Shown piece after piece: positions 33,018 to 43,349 of a DNA stretch of 64,000 nucleotides. The notes under the pieces were generated by a model. It saw only the letters and a program-made list of their open reading frames with translations, searched no databases and was not told where the DNA came from. Within the stretch, counting starts at the first letter, position 1. Each line of letters opens with the position of its first letter. The position numbers and the translations under genes were made by a program. This stretch comes from Chloropicon primus. Taxonomy: Eukaryota. The DNA is taken from assembly GCA_023205875.1 (NCBI GenBank), contig CP060760.1:372001-436000 (forward strand), given 5' to 3'.

Positions 33018-34862
33018 TTACCTCCCCGGGGACATGATCGGAGACACAGGCTTGACGCTGAGCCGTCTCAAAGAATTTTTCGCCCGGCTCAGAGACTTTT
33101 GCCTCGATTCCTTGAGCTCCTTGAGCTTCTGGTACACGTCCTTGCTGTTTGAGATCACCTCCTCGGCCTTCTTCGTCACGGACTCGCTCTCCTTGTCGCT
33201 CTCGTCCATGCTAGAGTTGTCCTCCTCGCCACTGCTGGAGTCCTCCATGTTCGGTACCTCGATCCTCGACTTGCTTATCGAGTTCCACTGCTTCTGCAGG
33301 GTGTTCGGGGCACTCCCGACGGTGCTCGAGCCGGTGGGCAGGGGCGAGGCCCGCGGCGATTGGCTCGGCCTCTGCAAGAGGCTCCGAGGCGGTGGCGGCG
33401 GAGGCTGCTGGGGGGGTTTCCGCTTGGTGCTGTTGAGGTTCACCGCGGCGCTGCCCGGGTCCTCATCGCTGTCCTCCTTGCCCTCATTGTCCATGAAGTG
33501 GTAGTAGAGCTTCAAGTCCGTCTCCGTCTTCTTGATCTTTTCCTCCGTCTGGATGTCTGACTTCCTGATCTGCTGGCTCACTTCTCGCTGCCGGCTCATC
33601 TCGTTCGTGATCTTCCCCTTCATCATGGCGTCCAGGCTGAAGGTGGCCGCCTTGGGGGAAACTCCCCCCTGCGGCCTCTCCCTCTCCCTCCTTTGCCTCT
33701 CCTCCCTCTCCTTCTGCTGTATCAGCTTCTCTTCCTCCGCCACCTTCGCTGCCTCGCCCTCCTCCGCTTTCGCCACCACCGCCTGCCTTGCCGCCTCTTG
33801 CACCTTGGCATCCAACCTGGAAGCCTGCAGTCGCTCATTCTCCTTGCTCTCCTCGAGCTCCTCCTTCAGCTTCTTTATTTCTAACTCCTGTTGTACAACT
33901 ATCCGCGTTTGGTTCTCCATCTCCTTGTCAAACTCCTCCTTGCTGGAGGTCAGCTCACCCAATTGAGTCTCAGACATTCTCTTCTCCACTTCGAGGCTCT
34001 TGACGGTCTCCTGCAGCTCGGCCTCGGCAGCCCTCTTCATCTCCACCTCGCTCCTCAGCTCCTCGACCTCCTTCTCGAGCTTCTCGATGGTCTGCTTCTG
34101 GCTCTCCGCCAAGGCGTGAGAGGTCTTTTGGTCCTCCAACACCTTGCCGTTCTCCTCCTGGGCGGCCACCAGCTTCTCCTTGAGAGTCTTGCTCACCAAG
34201 GACATCTGTTTCATCTTTCCGTTCATGTCCGTGAGGTCCTTGTTGACCTCGCTGCACTGGTCGTACAGCTGGCCGATCTCCTCGTCCTTCTCCTTGACCT
34301 CGGCCTCCCAGCTGGTCTTGATCTTGTGAACCTCGGCCAGCCTCGCCTTCTTGCTTCGAGAGTGTTGGTCCTCGAGGTACCGGCAACGGTCCTCCACCTC
34401 GTCCAGTCTCGCTCTCAACTCGATGGTTTCCTTTTCACGGGACTTGAGCGTATCACTCAGCCTCTGCTTGTCCACCTGCTGAAATGCAAGCTCCTTCTCC
34501 AAGGTCTTCCCGTCCTGCTCCTTCTTGTGGATCTCCAAGCGGAGCTCATCCTCCAGGTGCTTGTACGACTGTATGCGCGATATCGAGTTCCGCATCTCAT
34601 CCTGAACCTGAATCAGGAGCTCCTCCCGGTACTTGACGTTCTCCAGAGCCTGCTGCATCTCGTTCCCCACGACTTGGCCCAAACTCTCCAGCCGCTTCTC
34701 GCACGCTTGGACCACATGAGCTGCTTGCCTCTGCCAGGCCTTCGCATTGTCGTTCTGGTGGTCGAGCACTTGCTGGAGCTTCGAGGGCAATTGGCTCAAG
34801 GCCTGGCTCGCGAAGGAAACCGCCTCGAAGACGGTGTTCAAAGCCTCTTGGTCCACGCCCAT
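33018..34862 (-). CDS. Coiled-coil protein of unknown function (upstream exons possible)
   Basis: 614-codon ORF with E/K/Q-rich heptads and coding-type codon bias. Confidence 0.75.
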   Translation of the reverse strand: MGVDQEALNTVFEAVSFASQALSQLPSKLQQVLDHQNDNAKAWQRQAAHVVQACEKRLESLGQVVGNEMQQALENVKYREELLIQVQDEMRNSISRIQSYKHLEDELRLEIHKKEQDGKTLEKELAFQQVDKQRLSDTLKSREKETIELRARLDEVEDRCRYLEDQHSRSKKARLAEVHKIKTSWEAEVKEKDEEIGQLYDQCSEVNKDLTDMNGKMKQMSLVSKTLKEKLVAAQEENGKVLEDQKTSHALAESQKQTIEKLEKEVEELRSEVEMKRAAEAELQETVKSLEVEKRMSETQLGELTSSKEEFDKEMENQTRIVVQQELEIKKLKEELEESKENERLQASRLDAKVQEAARQAVVAKAEEGEAAKVAEEEKLIQQKEREERQRRERERPQGGVSPKAATFSLDAMMKGKITNEMSRQREVSQQIRKSDIQTEEKIKKTETDLKLYYHFMDNEGKEDSDEDPGSAAVNLNSTKRKPPQQPPPPPPRSLLQRPSQSPRASPLPTGSSTVGSAPNTLQKQWNSISKSRIEVPNMEDSSSGEEDNSSMDESDKESESVTKKAEEVISNSKDVYQKLKELKESRQKSLSRAKNSLRRLSVKPVSPIMSPGR

Positions 34863-35901
34863 GCTCCCTCACTCCGCGAGTAATGCGCGCGCGCACACGG
34901 GGGCAAGTCTAGAAAGAGTCTCCAAGATGCAGACAAGAGTCAAATCCTCCCTCTCAAGAAGTTCGGTTCGGTTTTGGTTCGGTTTTGGTTTGGTTCTCAA
35001 GTCAAGTCAGGTTCTGTTCGTCTTTGGGTTGGTGCAGCTTCACTTGGGAGAGAGCCTAAGGCTGTGACAGAGTAAGCATTGGCCGAGTCCGCCTCCCCTC
35101 CTCTCCGTCGTGGCTAATGTCAAGGCACGACCTTCCCTCCTTCCACAATGACCCTGGTGCCTCCCCTCGTTTCTCTTGTCCTTGGGATCCATGCACCATT
35201 CTAGGAAAATGAACTTCACAGGTAGAATTACGACGAAAACCTAAAAACCTAAAGTTTTCCAGGAAGGGGAGGGAGAGGCCAACCCTTGCGAGGAGAGGAG
35301 GAGATGGTGGTGAGGGTGAGGGGAGGGAGGATTGGGAGGGGATTGTGCCTTGCATGGTCTGTTCCACTGGATCTTGCTCCTTGTACTGGATCTTGCTCCA
35401 GTAATTCCAAAGAGAAGAGTCCTTTGATGGAGGAGGAGGAGGAGGAGGGCTCTCCGCGCGTGGACAAGTAACGACTTGTCCTTCCTTCCTACCTTCCTTC
35501 CTGCACAACCGCACCCCTCTTTCCCCCAAAGATGGCATCTTGGCGACGTTCTTGTCTTGTTCTCGTGTTCTCGTGTTCTCGTGTTCTCGCGTCCAATTCA
35601 TGTCACTGGGGTAAGAATGTTGGAGTAAATATTGAAGTAAATTCAAAAGACGCGCGAAAGGGAGAGAGAGAGAGCCGAAAGCAAGTGACAGCGGGCAGAG
35701 CATTGTTGGAGGAGGGCATGGAGGAGGGGAGGGTCTGAGGCAATTAGGAGGACAAGGAGCTGCGTGTCTTGCCTTGAACGACTCTCACTCTTCCGGTGCT
35801 GGGCAAGGTTGTTTTGGTACTCGTTTTGACAGCGTAAGAGAGAGAGAGAGAGAGAGGTTGTGTGGCGTGCGTGTGTGGTGCGTCGAGGTCGAGTGAGAAG
35901 T

Positions 35902-38900
35902 ATGCAGCCTACTTCTGGAGGGAGTCCTTACAGGTACACTCCGGTAACGGAGGACCTGGTGAAGCTGAGCGCGGAGATCGAGAAGCTCTCGGGTCGTTCG
36001 CTCGATGGGAATGAGTCGACGGGAGCAGCGGACGTCACCGCTTTGGTCGGCGTGTCCCACGTCGCTTGCAGAATATGCGGAAAGAGGGAAGAGCATGAGG
36101 AGGAGAAGGAGGAGGAAGTGGTTGCTCTGAGGGGCCAGAGGGCGATGGTGGGGGGGAGATCCGGGATGAAGGCGGCGGACATGGACGTCGTGGCCATTCG
36201 TGACCCAAGGGCGCCGTCGACTGCGACGGTGGAGGACGCCGTGAGGAGGTACAAGGTCACTCGGGCTTTCTCCCCTTGGACCTCGCAGGAGAAGGTGTAC
36301 GAGGACCAGGGGAGGCACGTGGCGGACTGGGTGTGGCGAGGATTCAACGCCACCCTCATCTCCTTCGGCCAGCAGGGGACGGGCAAGTCGTACACCCTGT
36401 ACAACGACGGGGTCTCCTTGTCCTTCCCCCAAGAGCGGAGCTTGGTGGGCGAGAACGACGTGGACGAGTCGTGTGGCCTGCTCATGAGGATCCTGGCGGA
36501 CCTCTTCTCCAGGATGGAGAAGGAGAGGCGGGAGGACGGGGAGGCCGAGTCCAAGTACGCGGTAGGGCTGTCGTGCTGGGAAATTTTAGGCAGCAAGACC
36601 GTGGACCTGCTCAAGCCGTTCTCGGCCTACGCCTCTCCGAGCCGTTCCGAGAGAGGCAGGGAAAGGGAGAGCCAGGGCTCGGACTACGGGACGATAGGGA
36701 TAAGCAGCCTGTCCGAAGCCCGGGCGTGCCTGAACCACGCCCGTGCCTCGTCCACGAACTGGTACGTGGACCCAACGACCCGGTCCCTCAGAACTTTGCC
36801 GAACAGGTCTCACGCCTTCGTTCGGGTGGTCGTCTTCGACCGCGTGAGAAGGACCATGGCCCACCTGCACGTGGTCGACCTCTGCGGGTCGCAGAGCCTC
36901 GCCACCGCGGCGCGAGAGGGCAGCCTCGGCAAGAGCTTCTTCAGGCAGTCACCATCCGCGGGGGACGGAAGGGGGGTCGTGCCCCGAGACATGCTCTCTG
37001 AGCACGAGAGAGAGCGCAAGGGGGTGAACCAGCAGCTTCTCGCCTTCTCGAGGCTCGTGGGCGAGATTGCCCAGCAGAGCGATGACAGGGAGTTCACTGG
37101 CAGCGGGGCGGGGGCCGGGGAGGCCCACCTGAGCGCCGTCCACTTGAGCGCAAGGGAGACCAAGTTGACGAGGGAGCTCGCCCCCTTGCTGGCGGACGAC
37201 AGCAGGTGCTTCCTGCTCTGCTCGGTCAGCCGATCGAGCTCTGATTACATCGACACAGCAAACACGCTGCGAGTCGCCACCCGCTTCGTAAGGATCTCCA
37301 ACGCGTGCAGCAAGCGGGTGCTCAGCGTCGATCCGCAGAGGTTCGCCTTCCAGGACCTGAGCTCCATTCTGTCTGTCCAAGAGCACTCGGATCCTTTGTC
37401 GGCCTCTCACGCCGAGCAGGCCAGTGAAGACGAGTTCCTGGGCGGCTCGCCGCTCAAGGTGCCCAAGGACATGCCCAGGACAAGGGACTTCCACAGGGCA
37501 GCGGAGAGCCCGAACCAAAAGTCAAAGTCGGCCGCAGAAGTGATCCACCTCACACTGAGTCAGGTCGAGAACATAGAGCAGGCCGCCAACGAGATCATGG
37601 AGACAACCAAACGGGTGGACAGAGCCATGGAGGCCAGTCCGATAGCGTCAAGGGGGCTGCAAAGGGCTGAGCACGGCAAGCAAGCTGGCTCCTCGGGCCC
37701 AGCAAATAGTCCGGGGGAAAGCGAGGAGCAGGCCGAAGATGAGGGCAGCTACTACTCGTCAGCCTTCCCGAAGAGGCAGGTGCCCACGTACCAAGACCCC
37801 ATCTTGAGTGGTGCCGTGAAATTCATCCACTCGAGCAGCAGCAGCAGCAGCAGCGGCGGCACATATGGTGGCAGATCATATGATGGGAGATCTCGGAATG
37901 ACGTGGGAGATCACGGAGAGGAACACTCGAGTAGAGCGGAGAGAACTTCTGAGGGCTACTCCTATGGCTCTGGTGCGAGCCAATTCCTGAACAATGCAGC
38001 CAAAGAAGCCGCGTTGCAGCGCCTGAGAGAACTGCAAGGAGCAGAAAGGGGGGCAGATGGAATTGGCTTGGGCCTCCACTCTCCTGTGACGTCGGACGAG
38101 ACTACCGATCACAGAAGCAAATTCGGAGGCGCGTCCTTCCCCGAGACATCTCCTTCGGTGTCTGTGGTGTCTTCTGTCAAGTCTGTGGAAACGCAGCGCA
38201 AGCTGGACAGCCTGAAACAGAACTTCCGGTCAATGTACACGGAGCTCGAGCTCCCGAGCGAGGCCATCGAAGACGAGGGAGGAGAGAGCAGCAACGAGAA
38301 CGAAGAGCATTTTGAGGTCGGGAACGAGGAGGAGGAGGACCTGCCTCATGCCAGAGCGAAGGAAATGGAAAAGGAAGGACTGAGGAAGACGCCGTCACAC
38401 GGAACCGTTCGCGATGCCTCAATAAGTGACGCAAGATCTGAAACCCACTTTGACTTTGCGACTGGCCTTGGCGGCCAGGGAGAGGGCAAAGGAGGGCCAG
38501 CACCAGGACCAGCGCCTGGCCGCTCTAGCATGGGGCTTTATGGCGGCCGTTACGAATTCGAGCAAGACCTCGGCCTCGATTCCGGGGGCGATGAGCTGAA
38601 AGACGAAGGCCAGAGACAATCTAGCCCCTCGCAGTCCAAGAGGGACTATGCCGAGCTAGAACGCGCTTATGACTCCTTGCTGAAGATGATAGAGAGGGAA
38701 AGGGAGGCTCACGTCGCCTCCCAGCAGAAGGTGAAGCTGTTAGAGCGCGACTTGCTTGAGTCTCAGCACACGCTGTCTGCGCAGGTGGATGGCCAGAAGC
38801 TGGAGAATGTTCACCTTCGCTCCCGGTGCCGCCAGCTGGAGGAGCTCGTTGGATTCTCCCCCGAGGTCCAGGACTTGAGCGAGATCTACCAGGAGTTCGA

Positions 38901-39888
38901 CCAAGGGGATGGGAAAAACACCGGGTTGCTTGGGGAGATCTTTGTGCAGCTCGAAAGCGAAGTGGACAGAGTGAACGAGGAGAACGCGCTGCTCCGGGAG
39001 GATCTGAAGAACGCGCATTTGTCGCATGCCGAGACAGTCACCCTGATGCACCAGAAGATGAGCGATCTCAAAGATTCCACGGACTCCGATCTGGACAGCG
39101 AGGAGGGGGAAGGGGCCGAAAACGAAATGGATTCGGACAAAGAGGGCGACGATGCTATTGGCGAGAAGCTCGATGACGAGACTCGGGACGTGCTCCGCGC
39201 GTACAGAAGGGAGCAGAAAGAGCTCCTCTCCCGCCACCAGAAGAACAAGATCCAGTCTCTCTGCAAGAGGTTGAAGAAGGTGGAGGACGAGCTTCAGGAG
39301 GCCAAGGCGGAAGTGGCCGGCTACCGCAAGAAGGACCGCAAGTACGCGATCCAGAAGAGAGGGGTTGAGGACACCATCAAGAGGGTCGGCCAGCTGCAGA
39401 GGCAGCTGGAAAGCAAAAGCCAAGAGCTCATCAAGTGCCAGCTGAAGTTTGCGGAAAGTGAAGGAAAGTGTTACACTCTGAGCGAGGAGCACGCGAAAAT
39501 GGTCCAGTCGGTGCAGAAGATGCAGGACAAGGTCGACCATTCTGAGACAGTGAAAAGGAAGTACGCCGAGCAGCTTAGCTGGGCCAGGAAGCAGGTGAAC
39601 CGGGACGAAATTCTTCGCTCCCTGCCTCCGCTTCCCTCAGGCGCAACTGAAATGGATAGCCACAGGCTGAACTCCTTGGCCACCCGAAAAATTCAGTCTG
39701 CTGCAGGAGAGATCTGCAGGAGGATCAGGAGGGAGCCAGGCCTTTCCCCGCGCGTGGAGAATATGCTCGACCGCCTGATGCAGGAGGTCGGGCTGCACGT
39801 GCAAGAGCGGGTCGTCCTGGCCCGGAGAGAGGCTTTGTTACTCCAAATGATCACGGGAGAGCACCGAGCGGGCCTGAGAAGGAGGTGA
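35902..39888 (+). CDS. Highly divergent kinesin-like protein with C-terminal coiled coil
   Basis: P-loop GQQGTGKS, PNRSH, LHVVDLCGSQ, RETKLTREL, DTANTL. Confidence 0.82.
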   Translation: MQPTSGGSPYRYTPVTEDLVKLSAEIEKLSGRSLDGNESTGAADVTALVGVSHVACRICGKREEHEEEKEEEVVALRGQRAMVGGRSGMKAADMDVVAIRDPRAPSTATVEDAVRRYKVTRAFSPWTSQEKVYEDQGRHVADWVWRGFNATLISFGQQGTGKSYTLYNDGVSLSFPQERSLVGENDVDESCGLLMRILADLFSRMEKERREDGEAESKYAVGLSCWEILGSKTVDLLKPFSAYASPSRSERGRERESQGSDYGTIGISSLSEARACLNHARASSTNWYVDPTTRSLRTLPNRSHAFVRVVVFDRVRRTMAHLHVVDLCGSQSLATAAREGSLGKSFFRQSPSAGDGRGVVPRDMLSEHERERKGVNQQLLAFSRLVGEIAQQSDDREFTGSGAGAGEAHLSAVHLSARETKLTRELAPLLADDSRCFLLCSVSRSSSDYIDTANTLRVATRFVRISNACSKRVLSVDPQRFAFQDLSSILSVQEHSDPLSASHAEQASEDEFLGGSPLKVPKDMPRTRDFHRAAESPNQKSKSAAEVIHLTLSQVENIEQAANEIMETTKRVDRAMEASPIASRGLQRAEHGKQAGSSGPANSPGESEEQAEDEGSYYSSAFPKRQVPTYQDPILSGAVKFIHSSSSSSSSGGTYGGRSYDGRSRNDVGDHGEEHSSRAERTSEGYSYGSGASQFLNNAAKEAALQRLRELQGAERGADGIGLGLHSPVTSDETTDHRSKFGGASFPETSPSVSVVSSVKSVETQRKLDSLKQNFRSMYTELELPSEAIEDEGGESSNENEEHFEVGNEEEEDLPHARAKEMEKEGLRKTPSHGTVRDASISDARSETHFDFATGLGGQGEGKGGPAPGPAPGRSSMGLYGGRYEFEQDLGLDSGGDELKDEGQRQSSPSQSKRDYAELERAYDSLLKMIEREREAHVASQQKVKLLERDLLESQHTLSAQVDGQKLENVHLRSRCRQLEELVGFSPEVQDLSEIYQEFDQGDGKNTGLLGEIFVQLESEVDRVNEENALLREDLKNAHLSHAETVTLMHQKMSDLKDSTDSDLDSEEGEGAENEMDSDKEGDDAIGEKLDDETRDVLRAYRREQKELLSRHQKNKIQSLCKRLKKVEDELQEAKAEVAGYRKKDRKYAIQKRGVEDTIKRVGQLQRQLESKSQELIKCQLKFAESEGKCYTLSEEHAKMVQSVQKMQDKVDHSETVKRKYAEQLSWARKQVNRDEILRSLPPLPSGATEMDSHRLNSLATRKIQSAAGEICRRIRREPGLSPRVENMLDRLMQEVGLHVQERVVLARREALLLQMITGEHRAGLRRR

Positions 39889-39995
39889 AAACGGCAGACA
39901 CACACACACACACACACACACTTGCAGTAATAGTTGTTGCTCTCGCTCCTACATGAAAAATAAAATATCGACGATTTAACGACACCGATGCGTTG

Positions 39996-40854
39996 TCACA
40001 GCTCTTCCTTGGCTTCGTTGAGGTCGCACGGAGCCGGGCAAAGCTCGGTTAGGACTTCCATGACCTTGCTCTTGTGCTTCAGGAACGAAGCGATGATCTT
40101 CTCGCTGTGCTTCTTTACGTATGCGCTGCAATACTGTTGAATGTCCTCCGTGCTCCCGAGATCCGGGTCATCGAAGAAGTCCTTGTCAAAGTCCGCGGAG
40201 CAAAAATACTCGTCCTCAAGCTTTCTAATCAGGAGCCCCTCGATCCTGTAGTCGCTGATGTGGTCCAGCTCGTACCTGGACAGGAAGCCAGCGATTTTGC
40301 TGATCACGGCGTCGCACAACTCGCAGTCGGTTCTGGCTCTGTCGAGCTTTTGGGGAAGAGCGAGGTCTGGGCAAACTCCCAGGGCATAGAAGCAAGCGTT
40401 CCGTTTTGCCTGAGAAACGAAAAGAAAGTCAGGTTTCGGGCCGCCGCGCGAATGCGATGAGTAGCGGAAGAGTCAAATCACGTACCTCGACCAAGAGCTG
40501 GTGTGACGCGTGGCTATCGCAATCCACCTCCGTCCCGTTGAAGATGTTCCAAGCCCCTCTGGTCCCTTCCTCGTGGACCTTCTCACAGGCTTCCTTCAAT
40601 TCATCGCTGTGCGCATGCTCTGAAAGGTGCCAGAAGTGCTCGTTCTCGCAGACGTTCCCTTCGCTCTCGTCGAGCTCCGTCACCACTCCGGTACGGCAGT
40701 GGATATCAAACAGCTGCTCCTGGTACAACTGACAAGCTTCGCACTTCAGACAGTCATAAGCGTGGCAGACGGACAAAGCGCAGGACAGGGCCAGAACGGC
40801 CAGAACCTTCAGCGCAACGATGCCGCTGCCACACCTCCTCGTCACTCTCGCCAT
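39996..40854 (-). CDS. Secretory-pathway Cys-rich protein with saposin/Canopy-like CxxC units and C-terminal KEEL; exons 40854-40486, 40409-39996
   Basis: Signal peptide, CLKCEAC and CELCDAV units, LC..PC ending, KEEL* ER-retention-like signal; in-phase intron. Confidence 0.7.
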
Positions 40855-41370
40855 CGTCCTCCTCACGCACTCGGCCTGCGAAGCCTCTCCTCCCTCTCGC
40901 TCGGGCTCCTGGCACCCAAGCCCCCTCCCCTCCTCGCGTCGACCGCACAAACCCTCAAAGTGGGCCGAGTGAGGTACCAATCGAAAGATCGCGAGACGAT
41001 CTATCGAGTGGCTTGGCGTACCGCAACTGTATCGTTCCACCCACCACGCGATGCGTCGTTCCCTTCCGTCCTCAAGAGTCTCCTTGTCCCTTGGAAAGGT
41101 CCTTCCATCCCATGGACAATTTTACGATTAGTGCCTCTGAAACCAGCTTTGGTTCACACATTCGGTGACGACGTTACATAGTTTGGTCCCACGCTCTGGT
41201 GCCATGTGGTAAATGCGAGTTCTCGTGGAAATCGGTGTTCCCTTGGGTAACGTCGTTTGATGCAAATTCAAAGAGGGTCAAAGAGCGAGAGGAGGAGAGG
41301 AGAGAGGCGCAAGTCAAGGTGGTTGAAGGGTGTTGGAGTTGTCCAGCGGAAGGTGTTGTGTCCATCCATC

Positions 41371-42263
41371 ATGTCGGCGAGTGGAAGAGTAAGTGTCTTC
41401 TTTGGTGTGCCACGATATCAACAGAGGGAGGGAGAGAGAGAGGACTTGGTAACTCTGGGTGACTCGGGACCTCCTCGGGGGGTTCCTCCTTGAGGAGACT
41501 TTGAAAGGGAAAGGGTTGTGGCTTGCTCTGGCAGCAGCAAGGGGAGGGAACCTTGGTTTGTGTTCCTTGGATTTTGAAATGGATCGTCCCTGACGAAGAC
41601 TTCTTCCCTCTTTCGTGTCCGGACTCGAAAACGACCGCTTTGGTGGTGTCGTCGCCCTCTGCCTGCGTTTGTTTGTGTGTGTGTGTGTGTGTGTGCGCGC
41701 GCGCTTGTGTGCAGGCTCTGGTGAGGGAGAAGCAGATCCCTGCGAACCTGAAGCGCGTGTTCGAGATCATGGACACTGATGCGGATGGAAAGATCTCGCA
41801 GGATGACCTGCTTCTTGTGACCGAGCACTTTGGGTACAAGATAAAGCCGGCGGAAGCGGAGGAGATAATCTGGGAGGTGGACGAGGACTGTGACAAGATG
41901 GTGAGCTGGCAGGAGTTCACGGATATGTACGACAGGTGCCGGAAGGACAAGACGGGCTGCGAGCCCAAGCGACTTTACTTCATCGTGGAGTTCATGATTA
42001 TTGACAAGGACAACGGCGGAGAGATCAGCGTCGAGGAGGCCATAGAGGACTTGTACCTTCAGCACGGGAAGGAGGACCTCGATGACAAGCTTAGTGACAT
42101 GTTCGGCGACATTGACGTGAACGACCCAGAGGCGGTGCTTGACCTCGAGAAGTTCGTCTCGGCGATGAGGCTGGGACAATTGAAGCAGATGAGAGAGAAA
42201 ACCATCAACAAAACCAAGCATACTTCGAGCACCCTGAAAAAGTCGTCGAAAACTCGGTATTGA
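41371..42263 (+). CDS. ODA-DC3: EF-hand protein, outer dynein arm docking complex subunit DC3-like; exons 41371-41388, 41715-42263
   Basis: LKRVF, IWEVDEDCDKMVSWQEF..MY.RCR.DKTG.EP.RL..VEF..DKD.GE.S.EEA...YL matches my recollection of Chlamydomonas DC3. Confidence 0.8.
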
Positions 42264-42384
42264 TGGACTCTGGCTCTGCCGAGGCGACCGGTGGTAAAGT
42301 TCTTAAGGTAAATTGTACAAATAGCCCAAATAGGGACGACGAAACGAAACGAAACGAAACCAAAATACACAGACACACACACAC

Positions 42385-43027
42385 TTACTTTCTTTGGCCC
42401 TTGGATATGAGTAAGCGGGGCCTTTCCTTGAATATGAGCTTCCATCGTATGACCCCCTCGATGTTGTACTTTACATTGGCGTCCCGCAGGCTTCTGTCGC
42501 CGCCCTTCTCGTCCTCCTCACCCCCCTCTTCGCCCGGGTCCGGCCTGCCTTCCCCCACCCTGTGCTTCTTGAGAACTGCCAAGGGCTTGCTCAAGGTGAC
42601 CCTCTTTCCCTCGAGCTTGTGGTGCCCCACGATAATGGTGGCCTTGGAATCATCCTGGAGCGTCGAGGCGGATGGAAGGCAAGAGAAAGAGAGAGAGAGA
42701 GGGTTGCTTAGCAAAAGCCGAAGCAAGGACGACGACGACGACGACGACGGATTGATTGGTTCTCCCCGAACTCGTGACGATGACTTCGGCGCTTACCTTG
42801 GGATCCACTTGAAACAGGCCGAACTTGAGGCCAGGGATAAAGCTCGAAGAGAAGAGCTTGAGGTCCGAGGGATCTTTCGCGATGGCGTCATCCTCGAGGG
42901 AGCCCTGCCCGCCTCGCTTCTCCTTCCACTTCTTCAGCTCTCCTTGGAACTCAAGAGCAGCCCACTCCGGCAGGGACCCGTCCCCCCTCTTCCTCTTCTC
43001 CGACAACGCGATGGGAACGACAACCAT
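42385..43027 (-). CDS. CTF8: Chromosome transmission fidelity protein 8; exons 43027-42797, 42654-42385
   Basis: EWAALEFQGEL, IIVGHHKLEGKRVTLSKPLAVL, VIRWKLIFKERP. Confidence 0.9.
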
Positions 43028-43115
43028 CTCGACCCGATGCCACGCTGCGCGACTCGGAACCTCCCTCCTCTCTCTCTCTCTCTCCTGCCTCTCTGGGCTT
43101 CTTCCTTTCGCGCTC

Positions 43116-43175
43116 TCAAATCCTCACCACAGCGTCGTTTGCTTCGAGCGAGGGCTCTTTCGAAAGATCGAGAGA
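43116..43175 (-). promoter_or_regulatory. Recurrent upstream element, copy C (88 nt before the CTF8 ATG)
   Basis: Reverse complement: TCTCTCGATCTTTCGAAAGAGCCCTCGCTCGAAGCAAACGACGCTGTGGTGAGGATTTGA. Confidence 0.6.
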
Positions 43176-43349
43176 TGGTCCTTCCGGTCGTCTCAGTCCT
43201 CCCCGCGACCCCGCGACCCACGTCGCCGCCCCCTGCGATCGATCGTTTCTCCCTCTCTCTCTTCCTCTTTTTAGTTTTTTGGCGGGGCTTTATCTTTTTC
43301 TTAGACGGCCTCAAATATATTTTATTTATTGATAAGAACCATTTGGTTA

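Noticed and set aside
35056..35703. 215-aa minus-strand ORF upstream of the coiled-coil gene
   Set aside because: Low complexity, no homology recognised, and no confident in-phase splice path; could still contain an exon
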